Positions 1-9,800 of a DNA stretch of 64,000 bases are shown piece after piece. The stretch is from positions 6,952-70,951 of the forward strand of contig CAJUHO010000002.1 of NCBI GenBank assembly GCA_910586195.1, in the 5' to 3' direction. The notes under the pieces are model-generated. The model searched no databases. It was not told where the DNA came from and saw nothing but the letters and a program-made list of their open reading frames with translations. Position 1 is the first letter of the stretch. Every line of letters starts with the position of its first letter. This DNA comes from an uncultured Bacilli bacterium. GTDB taxonomy: Bacteria > Bacillota_I > Bacilli_A > RF39 > UBA660. Made by a program: the position numbers and the translations under genes.

Positions 1-1
1 T

Positions 2-154
2 GCAGGAAATCATTGTAGTAAGATGCTGAAGGATGATTTAAATATTAAAAATACGTGTCGTATTAGTATGCATTTGTATAATAGTAAGGATGATATAGAT
101 AAATTAGTAGAAGTGTTGAGACAAAGTGAGGATATTTTTAAGATTATACTTTAG
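2..154 (+). CDS. sufS: Cysteine desulfurase SufS, C-terminal fragment (5' partial at window edge)
   Basis: Frame-2 translation ...CRISMHLYNSKDDIDKLVEVLRQSEDIFKII* resembles the C-terminus of class-V aminotransferase cysteine desulfurases; lies directly upstream of sufU. Confidence 0.55.
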   Translation, partial: AGNHCSKMLKDDLNIKNTCRISMHLYNSKDDIDKLVEVLRQSEDIFKIIL

Positions 155-165
155 GATGTGATAGA

Positions 166-609
166 ATGGAGCGCAATTTACGCAGGGAAATTATTTTAGA
201 TAACTATCAAAATCCTTTTCATAAAGGATTGGTAGAGGATAAAAAAGGTGTATACATTCGTAATAATACGAATAGTACATCTTGTATTGACAATGTGGAT
301 ATTATGTATAAAATAAAAGACGACGTCATTGAAGATGTCTACTTTGATGGTGAAGCCTGTGCTATATCGACTTCTGCAACGTCTATTATGATTCGGATGT
401 TATTGGGAAAGAGTATTGCTGAGGCTAGAAGATATTTGGAAAATTATGAAGCTATGATAGAAGAGAGACCTTATGATAAGGATTTATTAGGAGAACTCAA
501 TGCATATGAAGAGATTTATTTACAACCAAATCGTAAAAAATGTGCATTGCTTCCTTTTGAATCTTTAAAGAGGGTATTGGAGGAAGAATATGAAAAAAGA
601 AAAGACTAA
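166..609 (+). CDS. sufU: SufU-type Fe-S cluster assembly sulfur-acceptor/scaffold (NifU/IscU-like)
   Basis: 147 aa with conserved Cys positions (GEACAIS, ...KKCALLP) typical of IscU/SufU; operon context sufS-sufU-sufB. Confidence 0.8.
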   Translation: MERNLRREIILDNYQNPFHKGLVEDKKGVYIRNNTNSTSCIDNVDIMYKIKDDVIEDVYFDGEACAISTSATSIMIRMLLGKSIAEARRYLENYEAMIEERPYDKDLLGELNAYEEIYLQPNRKKCALLPFESLKRVLEEEYEKRKD

Positions 610-988
610 ATTTGATAAGGATGAGTTAGAACTTGTACGTGTTCAATTATATGATGGTTACGATATTGAACAACCGAGGTGGACTTTTTTAAGTTATGCT
701 GTTGTTACCCCAAGTGAAGATGGTAGAAAAGTAGATGTTATTGATGAGAGAGTTTATATTCCTATTGAGGAAGATGAAAAAAAGGGATTTTTCCAACGGG
801 AAAATTTAGAAAAGAATGCAATTAGAATATTCTCCACTCCTGAAAATGAAGTGTTTCATCAATTATTATCAGAAAAAGATAATGATATTGAGGGTATCAA
901 ACATTCTATAATAGGGACAGGGTTTTATTTTCATTATGATACAGAACTTATTTATGCACCTTCTTTAGTAAAAACCTTCAAAAGATAG
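590..988 (+). CDS. Hypothetical protein (132 aa) inserted between sufU and sufB
   Basis: ORF overlaps the sufU stop by 20 nt and ends 10 nt before sufB; no recognisable motif. Confidence 0.45.
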   Translation: MKKEKTKFDKDELELVRVQLYDGYDIEQPRWTFLSYAVVTPSEDGRKVDVIDERVYIPIEEDEKKGFFQRENLEKNAIRIFSTPENEVFHQLLSEKDNDIEGIKHSIIGTGFYFHYDTELIYAPSLVKTFKR

Positions 989-997
989 GAGAAATTC

Positions 998-2305
998 ATG
1001 GAAATTGTGGGATTAACAGAGGAAAATATTAAAAAGATTTCTGATGTAAAAAAAGAAGACGCTAATGTGTTGGAATTTCGTCTTCAAAGTTTTCAAAATT
1101 TTAAGAAAATAAAGTTGCCTGATTTTGGGCCTTCCCTACATTTTGATTTTTCTAATATTATTTATTATAAATCTAGTGATGATGTGATTCGTGATAATTG
1201 GAACCAGGTATTAAGACCAATTGTAGATGAATTAGATGATTTAGGGGTTATTGAAAGCGAAAAACACTTAGATGGCATGGGTGTGCAATATGAAAGTGAA
1301 GTTATTTATCATAATATGTTAGCAGAACTTAAAAATAAAAATGTAATCTTCACCTCGATTGAGGATGCTATGAAAAGTTATCCTGATATTGTAAATCGTT
1401 ATTTTGGTAAAATTGTTTCTAATAATGAAAATAAGTTTTCTGCTTTAAATGGTGCTGTATTTAGTGGAGGAAGCTTTATTTATATTCCCCCTCATACGAC
1501 ACTAGATAGACCACTTCAGAGTTATTTTCGTATAAATAGTAAGAATATGGGACAGTTTGAAAGAACTTTGATTATAGTGGATGATGATAGTAGTTTGCAC
1601 TATATTGAAGGATGTACTGCGCCAACTTATAGTGAGTCTTCTCTTCATGCTGCAGTAGTTGAAATTTATGTTGGAAAGGGAAGTAAATGCCGTTATTCTA
1701 CTATTCAGAATTGGGCTCCTAATGTTTATAATTTAGTAACAAAGCGTGCTTTGGTAGATACAGATGGAGTGATGGAATGGATTGATGGCAATATTGGTTC
1801 TTTTAAGACTATGAAGTATCCCTGCTGTATCTTACAAGGCGATAGATCAGAGGGAACATGTATTACAATTAGTGTAGCTTCCTCTAATCAGGAGCAAGAT
1901 AGTGGTGCTAGAATGATTCATTTAGGCAAGAATACGAAAAGTAATATTATTTCTAAGAGTATTGCACAAAATGGAGGAAATGCTACTTATCGTGGAAAAG
2001 TTGCTATTAAAAAAAATGCTTCAAATAGTGGATCTTTAATAAAGTGTGATACACTTATTTTGGATGAGAAGTCAAAAAGTGATACGATTGTAAATAACAG
2101 CTGTCATAATAAAAGTAGTAATATTGAACATGAGGCTACCGTTTCTAAAATTAGTGAAGATAACCTTTTTTACTTGATGAGTCGTGGTATTGCAAAGGAA
2201 AAGGCAATAGAACTTATCGTATTAGGATTTTTAGAGAAATTTCGGGAAGAATTGCCAATGGAATATGCAGTTGAACTAAATCAATTAATAAAAAGAAATT
2301 TATGA
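998..2305 (+). CDS. sufB: Fe-S cluster assembly protein SufB
   Basis: 435 aa; SufB/SufD-family C-terminal beta-helix region; last gene of a Firmicute-type sufCDSUB operon; terminator follows. Confidence 0.8.
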   Translation: MEIVGLTEENIKKISDVKKEDANVLEFRLQSFQNFKKIKLPDFGPSLHFDFSNIIYYKSSDDVIRDNWNQVLRPIVDELDDLGVIESEKHLDGMGVQYESEVIYHNMLAELKNKNVIFTSIEDAMKSYPDIVNRYFGKIVSNNENKFSALNGAVFSGGSFIYIPPHTTLDRPLQSYFRINSKNMGQFERTLIIVDDDSSLHYIEGCTAPTYSESSLHAAVVEIYVGKGSKCRYSTIQNWAPNVYNLVTKRALVDTDGVMEWIDGNIGSFKTMKYPCCILQGDRSEGTCITISVASSNQEQDSGARMIHLGKNTKSNIISKSIAQNGGNATYRGKVAIKKNASNSGSLIKCDTLILDEKSKSDTIVNNSCHNKSSNIEHEATVSKISEDNLFYLMSRGIAKEKAIELIVLGFLEKFREELPMEYAVELNQLIKRNL

Positions 2306-2338
2306 AACTTATCTTTTGTTTATGGATAAGTTTTTTGT
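2306..2338 (+). terminator. Rho-independent terminator after sufB
   Basis: Hairpin AACTTATC-(11 nt loop)-GATAAGTT followed by TTTTTTG. Confidence 0.6.
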
Positions 2339-2456
2339 TTGTATGTTTTTATAAATACTTTTAGGAAATTGAAGTCCTTTTTTCTATTGTTTTATGATTT
2401 CTACGATTTGTTAAATTTTTCTTTTGCCATTATGATGGACAAGAAAGGAGGAGATT

Positions 2457-2783
2457 ATGCTTAATCAGATAGTATTAGTAGGCAGATTGGTGCGAGATTT
2501 TGAAGTTCATTTAACTGATAAAAACAAAAAAGTTGCAACTATTACATTAGCCGTACCTCGAAGTTTTAAAAATTTAGAAGGTGTTTATGAAACTGATTTT
2601 ATTGATTGCACTTTATGGGATACTATAGCACTTAATACAAAAGAGTATTGTCAAAAAGGTGATATTCTAGGACTTAGAGGTAGAATACAATCACGGACAA
2701 TAGAGACAGATGATAAGAAGCAGACTCAGTTAGAAATTGTTGGTGAAAAAGTTACCTTTTTATCATCGAAATCTAAAACATAA
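2457..2783 (+). CDS. ssb: Single-stranded DNA-binding protein (short SsbB-like form without acidic tail)
   Basis: 108 aa OB-fold sequence MLNQIVLVGRLVRDFEV...; RBS AAGGAGG upstream. Confidence 0.75.
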   Translation: MLNQIVLVGRLVRDFEVHLTDKNKKVATITLAVPRSFKNLEGVYETDFIDCTLWDTIALNTKEYCQKGDILGLRGRIQSRTIETDDKKQTQLEIVGEKVTFLSSKSKT

Positions 2784-2840
2784 AAGTTTCTAATTAGTTA
2801 ACTTTAAACAAATTGACTTTTAGTATCTTTATAATGGAAT

Positions 2841-3218
2841 TTGCCAGACTATTATAGAGGTGATGCTGTGTTAGGTCAAAGAATCAAAGCTTTACGCAAA
2901 GAGCGTGGGCTAACGCAACAACAATTAGGTGATATGATAAATGTAACAAAAGTTAGTATTTGTTGTTACGAAAATGGAACTAGAACTCCAACATTACAAA
3001 CATTAATCGATTTAGGAAGAGTTTTTGGAGTGGATTTAAATTATTTTCTGGGAATTGATACATATGCAGTTTCAGAAGATAAGGCACCTTATCAAATACC
3101 TATGTCTAACGAAGAAGTTGAATTTATTATGGAGATTAGAAGAAATAATCGTCTATATAAAAGATTAATTGAGAATCCTAAGAGACTGATTCAGTTAATG
3201 AATAATGAAATAAAATAA
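2841..3218 (+). CDS. XRE-family helix-turn-helix transcriptional regulator
   Basis: HTH_3 signature LGQRIKALRKERGLTQQQLGDMINVTKVSICCYENGTRTPTLQTLIDLGRVFGV. True start probably an internal GTG/ATG near 2868 (RBS AGAGGTGA). Confidence 0.75.
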   Translation: MPDYYRGDAVLGQRIKALRKERGLTQQQLGDMINVTKVSICCYENGTRTPTLQTLIDLGRVFGVDLNYFLGIDTYAVSEDKAPYQIPMSNEEVEFIMEIRRNNRLYKRLIENPKRLIQLMNNEIK

Positions 3219-3282
3219 GATGAAGAAAGTGTATGCTTGTCATTCATCTTTTCTTTTATTATAATTTACTTGGAGGATAGAT

Positions 3283-4509
3283 ATGATAAAGGATATTATT
3301 CAGAAAAAAAGATTGGGTTATGCATTAGAGGAAAGCGAGATAAAAGAGGCTTTTTTGGGTTATTTAGAAGGAAGTGTTGCTGATTATCAGATGTCAGCAT
3401 TATTAATGGCTATTTGTATTAATGGGATGACTGATGAGGAGATTTTTGTTTTAACGGATTTATTTTTAAATAGTGGAGATGTTCTAGATTTTTCCCATAT
3501 TCCTGGAATAAAAGTAGATAAGCATTCTACGGGCGGTGTTGGGGATAAGACAACATTAATTGTAGTACCAATTGTGGCGTCCCTTTCAGTTCCTGTTATA
3601 AAAATGAGTGGTAGGGCTCTTGGTTATACTGGTGGGACTGTTGATAAATTAGAATCTATTCCGGGTTATCAAACAGAACTTTCTGCTGATAAAATAAAAA
3701 AACAAGTATTAGAGGTTGGGGCAGTAATGATGGGTCAGACTGCTAAGTTATGTCCATTAGATAAGAAAATTTATGCTCTACGTGATGTTACAGGGACGAC
3801 AGACTCTATTGCTTTAATTGCAGCATCTATTATGAGTAAAAAATTGGCAGGTGGTGCTGATAAGATTTTGATTGATGTTAAGGTTGGAAAAGGTGCTTTT
3901 ATGAAAACAGAAAAGGAGGCACAATTGCTTGCTGATTTGATGATTAAAATTGGAAAAAAGTATGGACGAGAAACAAGAGTGATGATTTCCAATATGGATA
4001 GGCCTTTGGGAAGAGCAGTGGGAAATGCTTTAGAAGTAAAAGAGGCACTGGATGTACTGCAAGGAAAACAACAGGGTAGTCTTCGTACCTTATGTGTAGA
4101 ACTTGCTACTTCTATGGTTAGCATGGGAAGACAAATACCAATGGATGATGCAAAAGTATTGGTAGAGGAGAGTATTGATTCGCTAAAAGCCTATCATAAG
4201 TTGCTAGAAATTATTAAGTATCAAGAAGGAGATATCTCGGGTCTTGCTATTAGTAAAAATGTAGTTTCTATTACTTCTTTGAAATCAGGAATTGTTCAGG
4301 ATATAGATGCAAAAGAAGTTGCCCATCTTGCATTTTCACTTGGAGCAGGGAGAATTACAAAAGAGGAGAAGGTTGATTTAAGCACTGGGGTATATATTAA
4401 TGTCGAAATCGGGCAAAAGGTAGAAGAGGGGGATATACTTTGTTATCTTTATACTAAGGAAAATATGACTCCTAGTTGCGATATTACAAAAATTTTTGAA
4501 ATTAGTTAA
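3283..4509 (+). CDS. pdp: Pyrimidine-nucleoside (thymidine) phosphorylase
   Basis: 408 aa; glycosyl-transferase family 3 motifs (KHSTGGVGDKTTL, GRALGYTGGTVDKLESIPG); C-terminal PYNP domain. Confidence 0.85.
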   Translation: MIKDIIQKKRLGYALEESEIKEAFLGYLEGSVADYQMSALLMAICINGMTDEEIFVLTDLFLNSGDVLDFSHIPGIKVDKHSTGGVGDKTTLIVVPIVASLSVPVIKMSGRALGYTGGTVDKLESIPGYQTELSADKIKKQVLEVGAVMMGQTAKLCPLDKKIYALRDVTGTTDSIALIAASIMSKKLAGGADKILIDVKVGKGAFMKTEKEAQLLADLMIKIGKKYGRETRVMISNMDRPLGRAVGNALEVKEALDVLQGKQQGSLRTLCVELATSMVSMGRQIPMDDAKVLVEESIDSLKAYHKLLEIIKYQEGDISGLAISKNVVSITSLKSGIVQDIDAKEVAHLAFSLGAGRITKEEKVDLSTGVYINVEIGQKVEEGDILCYLYTKENMTPSCDITKIFEIS

Positions 4510-4563
4510 AAAATATTCGACAAATAAGATATTTATGATATAATAAACTCGTATATAAGAAAT

Positions 4564-6015
4564 GTGAGGTTTATAATTATGCTAGGAAATAAGAAAATAT
4601 GGAAAAAAAATATGAGCCCAATGACTATAGCAACTTTTTTATTTGCAACATCTGTAATGTTTTTTATAGGTGTCGTTGGTTGGGCTTATGTTGGAAAGTC
4701 ATATGCAGTAGGGGCTTCGGCATTACCCAATTCATTAACAGTTCATATTGATGGAACTTGGGGCGGAACTGTTGCAGAGGATGAAGGTCTTCAATATATT
4801 CCACAGGTTGTTTTATTATCAGATTTTTATGGAGTAGATAGTAATGGTACTAGATATGAGCTTTATTGTTTGGAACATAATAAAGGAATGCCATCTGGTG
4901 GTACTTATACAAAAGATGGAGATTTAACAACGACATTTACGGATAAGGGTATTACCTATATTGTTAGTAATTCTTATCCTAATAGTTCTTCTTTTATGAG
5001 TAATTATAGCTCAAACGAGAAAAAGTATGTTACACAGTTTGCTATTTGGTATTATCAAGATTTAGTAAAGGGTGTTGCTCCTTCTACTGATGGTGAACTT
5101 TCTGCTACTATTAAGCAACAAATTCTTGCTAATAGTAAATATGGTTCTTTAATCGTTGATTTAGCAAATAGAGCAGTTGAAGCTAATAAATTAAATACAC
5201 CTGCTGATTCCTTAGGTGTAGATCAAAGTTCTGTTACTTATGGTATTTCTAGTGATGGAAAATATTTTGAATCTAATTATATTTCAGTTGTTGGAAGTAA
5301 TGATTTATTTAGAACATATGCTGTAACACTTACCGATAATACAAGTAGTGCTACTCTTGTAGATGAAGCAGGAGCAGAAGTTCCAAGTGGTAGTGTATTT
5401 AGAGCAGGTAGTAAATTTAAAATTCGTGTACCTTTAAATAACTTAAAAGAACTTAATAAGATTAATATAAAAGCAAATATTACAGGTACATTTGAACATC
5501 AACAAGTATTTGCTTATCGTCATTCTAATACTGGTGCTCAAACAGCCTTAGTAGCAGCATTTGATACAGATAATCAAAATACAGATTTAGCATTAGAGTT
5601 TAATATCCCAACTGGAAAAGTACAAATTAGTAAACAAGATATTACAAATTCCAAAGAAGTTGCAGGTGCAACATTAGTAATTACAGATTGTAATGGTGTA
5701 GAAATTGCTAAATGGGTGTCAACTACAGAACCTCACTATATTGAAGCTTTACCTATTACAACAGATAATTGTAAGTACAAATTGACAGAAACAATTGCAC
5801 CAAGTGGATATGAAATTAATACAGAAAGTATTGAATTTGAAGTAAAAGCTGATGGTTCGGTTACTAAAGTAGTAATGAAAGATACCCCACTTACTCCAAC
5901 ACCAGAAACAGGAATGAATATTCCAACAATTCTATATATAGCTGGTGGATTCTTACTAATCTGTGGTATAGCAATCATTTATGAAAGTGTTAAACCAAAA
6001 AAAGAGAATTATTAA
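4564..6015 (+). CDS. Cell-wall-anchored surface protein with internal-thioester (TQxA) adhesin domain and C-terminal sortase sorting signal
   Basis: N-terminal signal/TM; Cys motif YELYCLEHNKG and Gln motif YVTQFAIWYY match the Cys...TQxA(I/V)W thioester-domain signature; C-terminus ...TPLTPTPETG + hydrophobic stretch + KPKKENY (sorting signal). Likely start is the ATG at 4579. Confidence 0.6.
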   Translation: MRFIIMLGNKKIWKKNMSPMTIATFLFATSVMFFIGVVGWAYVGKSYAVGASALPNSLTVHIDGTWGGTVAEDEGLQYIPQVVLLSDFYGVDSNGTRYELYCLEHNKGMPSGGTYTKDGDLTTTFTDKGITYIVSNSYPNSSSFMSNYSSNEKKYVTQFAIWYYQDLVKGVAPSTDGELSATIKQQILANSKYGSLIVDLANRAVEANKLNTPADSLGVDQSSVTYGISSDGKYFESNYISVVGSNDLFRTYAVTLTDNTSSATLVDEAGAEVPSGSVFRAGSKFKIRVPLNNLKELNKINIKANITGTFEHQQVFAYRHSNTGAQTALVAAFDTDNQNTDLALEFNIPTGKVQISKQDITNSKEVAGATLVITDCNGVEIAKWVSTTEPHYIEALPITTDNCKYKLTETIAPSGYEINTESIEFEVKADGSVTKVVMKDTPLTPTPETGMNIPTILYIAGGFLLICGIAIIYESVKPKKENY

Positions 6016-6673
6016 AGTAAGGAAGAGTCAACTACTACTGTTTGGCTCTTTCCTTGTATTTATTGGGGTAGTGTGTTTATCTTGGAATCATTTATTATTA
6101 TTAAAAGAACAGGTTTTTGAAGATGTTCGTTTGAAGTTATTTGAGGGTGGTTTTGAGGGTACTAGTGAAGAAATTGTAACACCTAATGTTGAAAATATAG
6201 AAGGAGAGGTTCCGCCAGCACCTAGTGGTGGTGGGTCTACTTCCTCGCAGACGAAGCCTAATCATAGTTTTAGTTATAATTATATTGGATATTTGGAAAT
6301 TCCGAAGATTAGGTTAAAAAAAGGATTTGTGGCAAAAGAATCAAAGTATAACAACATTAGCTATAATGTTACAGTATCAGAACAGGCAAATTATCCAGAT
6401 GAGGAAAAAGGAAATTTCATTTTAATGGCTCATTCTGGAGATTCTTATATTTCTTATTTTGCTTATTTATATCGATTGCAACTTGGTGACATTGCGAAAG
6501 TAACCTATAATAATCAGCAATATAAGTATCGATTGGTAAAGATTGAGGAACAACCTAAAGTAGGTGTTGTTGCAATTCACAGAGATAATTATAATGTAAG
6601 AGCTTTAACCCTTATTACTTGTACTAAAGATAACGATTATACACAAACAATTTATATTTTTGAATTAGTATAA
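5981..6673 (+). CDS. srtB: Sortase (class B-like transpeptidase)
   Basis: N-terminal TM; catalytic His region LMAHSGD; TLITC active-site motif (LTLITCTKD); conserved Arg downstream; overlaps its probable substrate gene. Confidence 0.7.
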   Translation: MKVLNQKKRIIKVRKSQLLLFGSFLVFIGVVCLSWNHLLLLKEQVFEDVRLKLFEGGFEGTSEEIVTPNVENIEGEVPPAPSGGGSTSSQTKPNHSFSYNYIGYLEIPKIRLKKGFVAKESKYNNISYNVTVSEQANYPDEEKGNFILMAHSGDSYISYFAYLYRLQLGDIAKVTYNNQQYKYRLVKIEEQPKVGVVAIHRDNYNVRALTLITCTKDNDYTQTIYIFELV

Positions 6674-6676
6674 GAG

Positions 6677-7276
6677 GTGATGGGAATGAATTTAAATATA
6701 ATGGAAAAAATTCTAGTTGTTTTTAATTCGTTTTTTTCATCTTTTATGTCTATAGAGATTTTATTAATTGGTTTTTTGTTATTTATATTTTTAATTTTAA
6801 ATGCTAAAAAAAATGTAAAATTAGTTAAAATATTTCTTACTTTTATTTATCTAGTATTTTTTACTTTCATTTGTATTTATTATCAGGATTATGTTGTTCA
6901 AAGTGTTGATGGTCTTTTAAAATATATTATGAAATATATTTATTTTCCATCCTTAGCAATGTATTTTATTTTAATGGTCTTTGTAACCTTGGGGATGATT
7001 TATACAATGTTTAGTATAAGAATTTCTTCTTTTTTGAGATATTTGAATATATGTATTTTTAGTTTATTACATATTTTATATTTTCAAGTTATTGGTCTTG
7101 TTGTACAGAATAAAATATATTTTACAACTGATGTGGAAATTTATAAAAATGAAACTATCTTATCTCTGGTACAAATTAGTAATTTATTGTTATTTATATG
7201 GATTTTGATTATGATGTTTTATCAGATTTATCAGTATTTAAGAAGAAAATTTGATGAACGAAAAGAAATTACTTAA
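6677..7276 (+). CDS. Hypothetical polytopic membrane protein (199 aa)
   Basis: Several hydrophobic helices; immediately follows the sortase; no motif recognised. Confidence 0.45.
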   Translation: MMGMNLNIMEKILVVFNSFFSSFMSIEILLIGFLLFIFLILNAKKNVKLVKIFLTFIYLVFFTFICIYYQDYVVQSVDGLLKYIMKYIYFPSLAMYFILMVFVTLGMIYTMFSIRISSFLRYLNICIFSLLHILYFQVIGLVVQNKIYFTTDVEIYKNETILSLVQISNLLLFIWILIMMFYQIYQYLRRKFDERKEIT

Positions 7277-8098
7277 TTATAAGTTCATAGCACAGTATTC
7301 GTCAAAAGTAATATTGTGCTTTTTTATATAAGTAGCGATTTCTTTGCCAACATAACGATAATGCCACGCCTCAGAAGTATATCCTGTAATAAATTCTTTA
7401 TGTTCTGGGTAACGTAAAATGAAACCAAATTGGTGTGCATTTTCTTTTAACCATAAAAATTCTTTTGTTTCTCCAAAACGTTCGTATGGAAGGGCCTCAT
7501 TATCTATATCAATAACAAGTCCTGTTTGATGTTCGGAGTATCCTGGACGTGCAGAGTACTTATCTGCTTCTTTTTTTCCATCTATTTGGCTATATTTGTC
7601 ATATAACTTTTGTTGATAATCAAAACTTCTATAGCTTGATATAACCCGTATTGTTAGATTATTTTTCTTCATTTCTTCTGCCATTTTTCGATAATGGTTG
7701 GCAGCTTCTTTTACTAAATGCATTCCAGGTTTACTATAGCCTTCATAAACTTCAACTAAATTTGGTGGAATATAATTTTTTTCTAAATAGTGATATTTAT
7801 TTACAAGAACTTTGTTAGTGTATAAGTTAGGTGCAATTGTTGTACTTTGATAGTAATCTTTATCTAGGCCAATATTTACGTGAATAATTACAGATTTTAA
7901 TGGAAGAGATTTTTTTTGTTGATGATATTTTATGTAACGATTTGTATAGCTTTTGTTAAAATAGGGAACTTTTTTATCGATATGGTTTAAAGTTTCTAAT
8001 TTATTTTCCTTAACTTCATCCTTTTTTGTAATTAAAAATATAAATATGGATATCGAAATTAAAGTAATAATAGATATGTATATTATAATGTTTTTCAT
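7277..8098 (-). CDS. VanY/M15B-family D-alanyl-D-alanine carboxypeptidase (zinc)
   Basis: N-terminal TM; motifs SYRSFDYQ, PGYSEHQTGLVIDI, EAWHYRYVG typical of Peptidase_M15_B (VanY). Confidence 0.75.
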   Translation of the reverse strand: MKNIIIYISIITLISISIFIFLITKKDEVKENKLETLNHIDKKVPYFNKSYTNRYIKYHQQKKSLPLKSVIIHVNIGLDKDYYQSTTIAPNLYTNKVLVNKYHYLEKNYIPPNLVEVYEGYSKPGMHLVKEAANHYRKMAEEMKKNNLTIRVISSYRSFDYQQKLYDKYSQIDGKKEADKYSARPGYSEHQTGLVIDIDNEALPYERFGETKEFLWLKENAHQFGFILRYPEHKEFITGYTSEAWHYRYVGKEIATYIKKHNITFDEYCAMNL

Positions 8099-8184
8099 GG
8101 GATCACCTATTACAATATATAATTGTTTGCACTCTTTTAGAATAGTTTTGCACTTTTTGTCATAAAAAGTTATAGGAGGTTGTT

Positions 8185-9330
8185 ATGAAGAAGTTATTAG
8201 TAGTAGGTATATTTGCGGTATTTATATTTCCATTTGCAGTAGAGGCTGAAGATTTAATTCCTAATGCTGCTAGTGGATTGTTGATGGAAGAGTCTACAGG
8301 TACTATTATATTTGAAAAGGAAAAAGATAAACAGGTGCCAGTAGCTTCTATGACTAAAATGGTTGCACAAATTATTATATTGGAAAATATTGAATCTGGA
8401 AAAATTAAGTGGGATGACGTTATTGAGGTTAGTAAGAATGCAGCAGAAATGGGTGGCTCACAGATTTATTTAGAGCCAGGTGAAAAAATGACTATTAAGG
8501 ATCTTTTTAAGGGAATTTCGATGGCAAGTGCTAATGATGCTACTGTACAGATGGCAGAAGTCATTGGTGGTAGTGAAGCTAACTTTGTTAAAATGATGAA
8601 TCAAAAGGTAAAGGATTTAGGACTTCAAAATACACACTTTCAGAATTGTACTGGACTAGATGAGGAAAATCATTATTCTAGTGCTTATGATATGGCACTT
8701 ATTGCACGTGAACTTTTGAGACATGAAGAGATTTTGAATTTTTCTTCTGTATATGAGGATTACTTAAGGCAGAATACAGAAAATAAGTTTTGGCTTGTAA
8801 ATACAAATAAATTAGTTCGCTTTTATGAAGGTGCTGATGGTCTAAAAACGGGACATACTGATGCCGCTAAATATTGTTTAGCAGCGACAGCGAAAAAAAA
8901 TGATATGCGCTTAATTGCGATTGTTTTAGGAGAGGAAGCATCGAAAGTAAGAAATGCTGAGACGATTTCGCTTTTGGATTATGGATTTAATACTGTTAAA
9001 GTACAAAGAATTAAGAAAAAGGGAGAAAAGGTCGAAGAGATTGAAATTGATAAAGCTTCTAAGAAAAAAATTACATTAGTGCCATCATATGATGTTTCTA
9101 TACTTCAAAAAAAAGGAGAAAAGGCTAAAAAATATGTCGTAGAAACAAAGGTAGAAGAACCTACTTTGCCTATAAAGAAGAACCAAAAATTAGGTGATAT
9201 TGTTGTGAAGGATGGAAATAAGGAAGTAGCGAGAGGAGATTTAATATCTACCACTAATGTGGATAAATTGAGCTACTTTAGATTGATATGCAACACTTTA
9301 AAAAAGGCTATAACAGGAGATATTAATTAA
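8185..9330 (+). CDS. Serine-type D-Ala-D-Ala carboxypeptidase (PBP5/DacA-DacF family)
   Basis: Signal peptide; SxxK (ASMTKMV), SxN (SANDA) and KTG (LKTGHT) motifs; C-terminal PBP5_C domain. Confidence 0.85.
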   Translation: MKKLLVVGIFAVFIFPFAVEAEDLIPNAASGLLMEESTGTIIFEKEKDKQVPVASMTKMVAQIIILENIESGKIKWDDVIEVSKNAAEMGGSQIYLEPGEKMTIKDLFKGISMASANDATVQMAEVIGGSEANFVKMMNQKVKDLGLQNTHFQNCTGLDEENHYSSAYDMALIARELLRHEEILNFSSVYEDYLRQNTENKFWLVNTNKLVRFYEGADGLKTGHTDAAKYCLAATAKKNDMRLIAIVLGEEASKVRNAETISLLDYGFNTVKVQRIKKKGEKVEEIEIDKASKKKITLVPSYDVSILQKKGEKAKKYVVETKVEEPTLPIKKNQKLGDIVVKDGNKEVARGDLISTTNVDKLSYFRLICNTLKKAITGDIN

Positions 9331-9449
9331 TTATCTTCTTTTTTTTATAACATAGTGTCATAATTTGTCGACGGAATTTTTTGTCATGTTTTGTCGAAAT
9401 GAAAGACAGGTTGATAATTTTGATTTATAGTGTATGTGAGGTGACAAGT

Positions 9450-9788
9450 ATGTTTTTAATAACAACAAAGGTAAACAAGGGAATTATATTTTTACGCTTA
9501 TATGGATCTTTAAATAAGAAAACAATTAAAGAGTTTTCCGAGGAGATTAATTATCTTTTATATGAACAGGGGACTAAAAAATTAGTCATTAATTTTGATG
9601 AAGTAAGAGTGAGTTGCAATGATATTTTTTCTACAATTGGCAATAAACTAATAGAAATATTTTTAAGTTGTGGAGAAGTGGCATTATGTGGATTAACGCA
9701 AAAAGAAGAAGCATGTATTGGAAGACGAGAAGAACAATTGTTTTTTGTAGATAGTGAATTAGATGCGTTTCAGTATTTAGTAAACTAG
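9450..9788 (+). CDS. STAS-domain anti-sigma-factor antagonist (SpoIIAA-like)
   Basis: About 112 aa STAS-like sequence (LYGSLNKKTIKEFSEEI...LVINFDEV); RBS GAGGTGA before the ATG at 9450; 12 nt upstream of the sigF-like gene. The ORF track starts it at 9381. Confidence 0.55.
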   Translation: MFLITTKVNKGIIFLRLYGSLNKKTIKEFSEEINYLLYEQGTKKLVINFDEVRVSCNDIFSTIGNKLIEIFLSCGEVALCGLTQKEEACIGRREEQLFFVDSELDAFQYLVN

Positions 9789-9800
9789 GAGGGAAAATAA

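Noticed and set aside
3771-4124. Antisense ORFs inside well-supported genes: 3771-4124, 5736-5978, 10210-10428, 12499-12702, 31186-31422, 31530-32036, 36476-36661, 42159-42491, 44491-44682, 49993-50190, 50799-51002, 52993-53193, 54149-54340, 56001-56186, 20544-20957
   Set aside because: Each is fully embedded on the opposite strand or in an alternative frame of a conserved enzyme or long ORF. They have no RBS and a composition typical of antisense reading.
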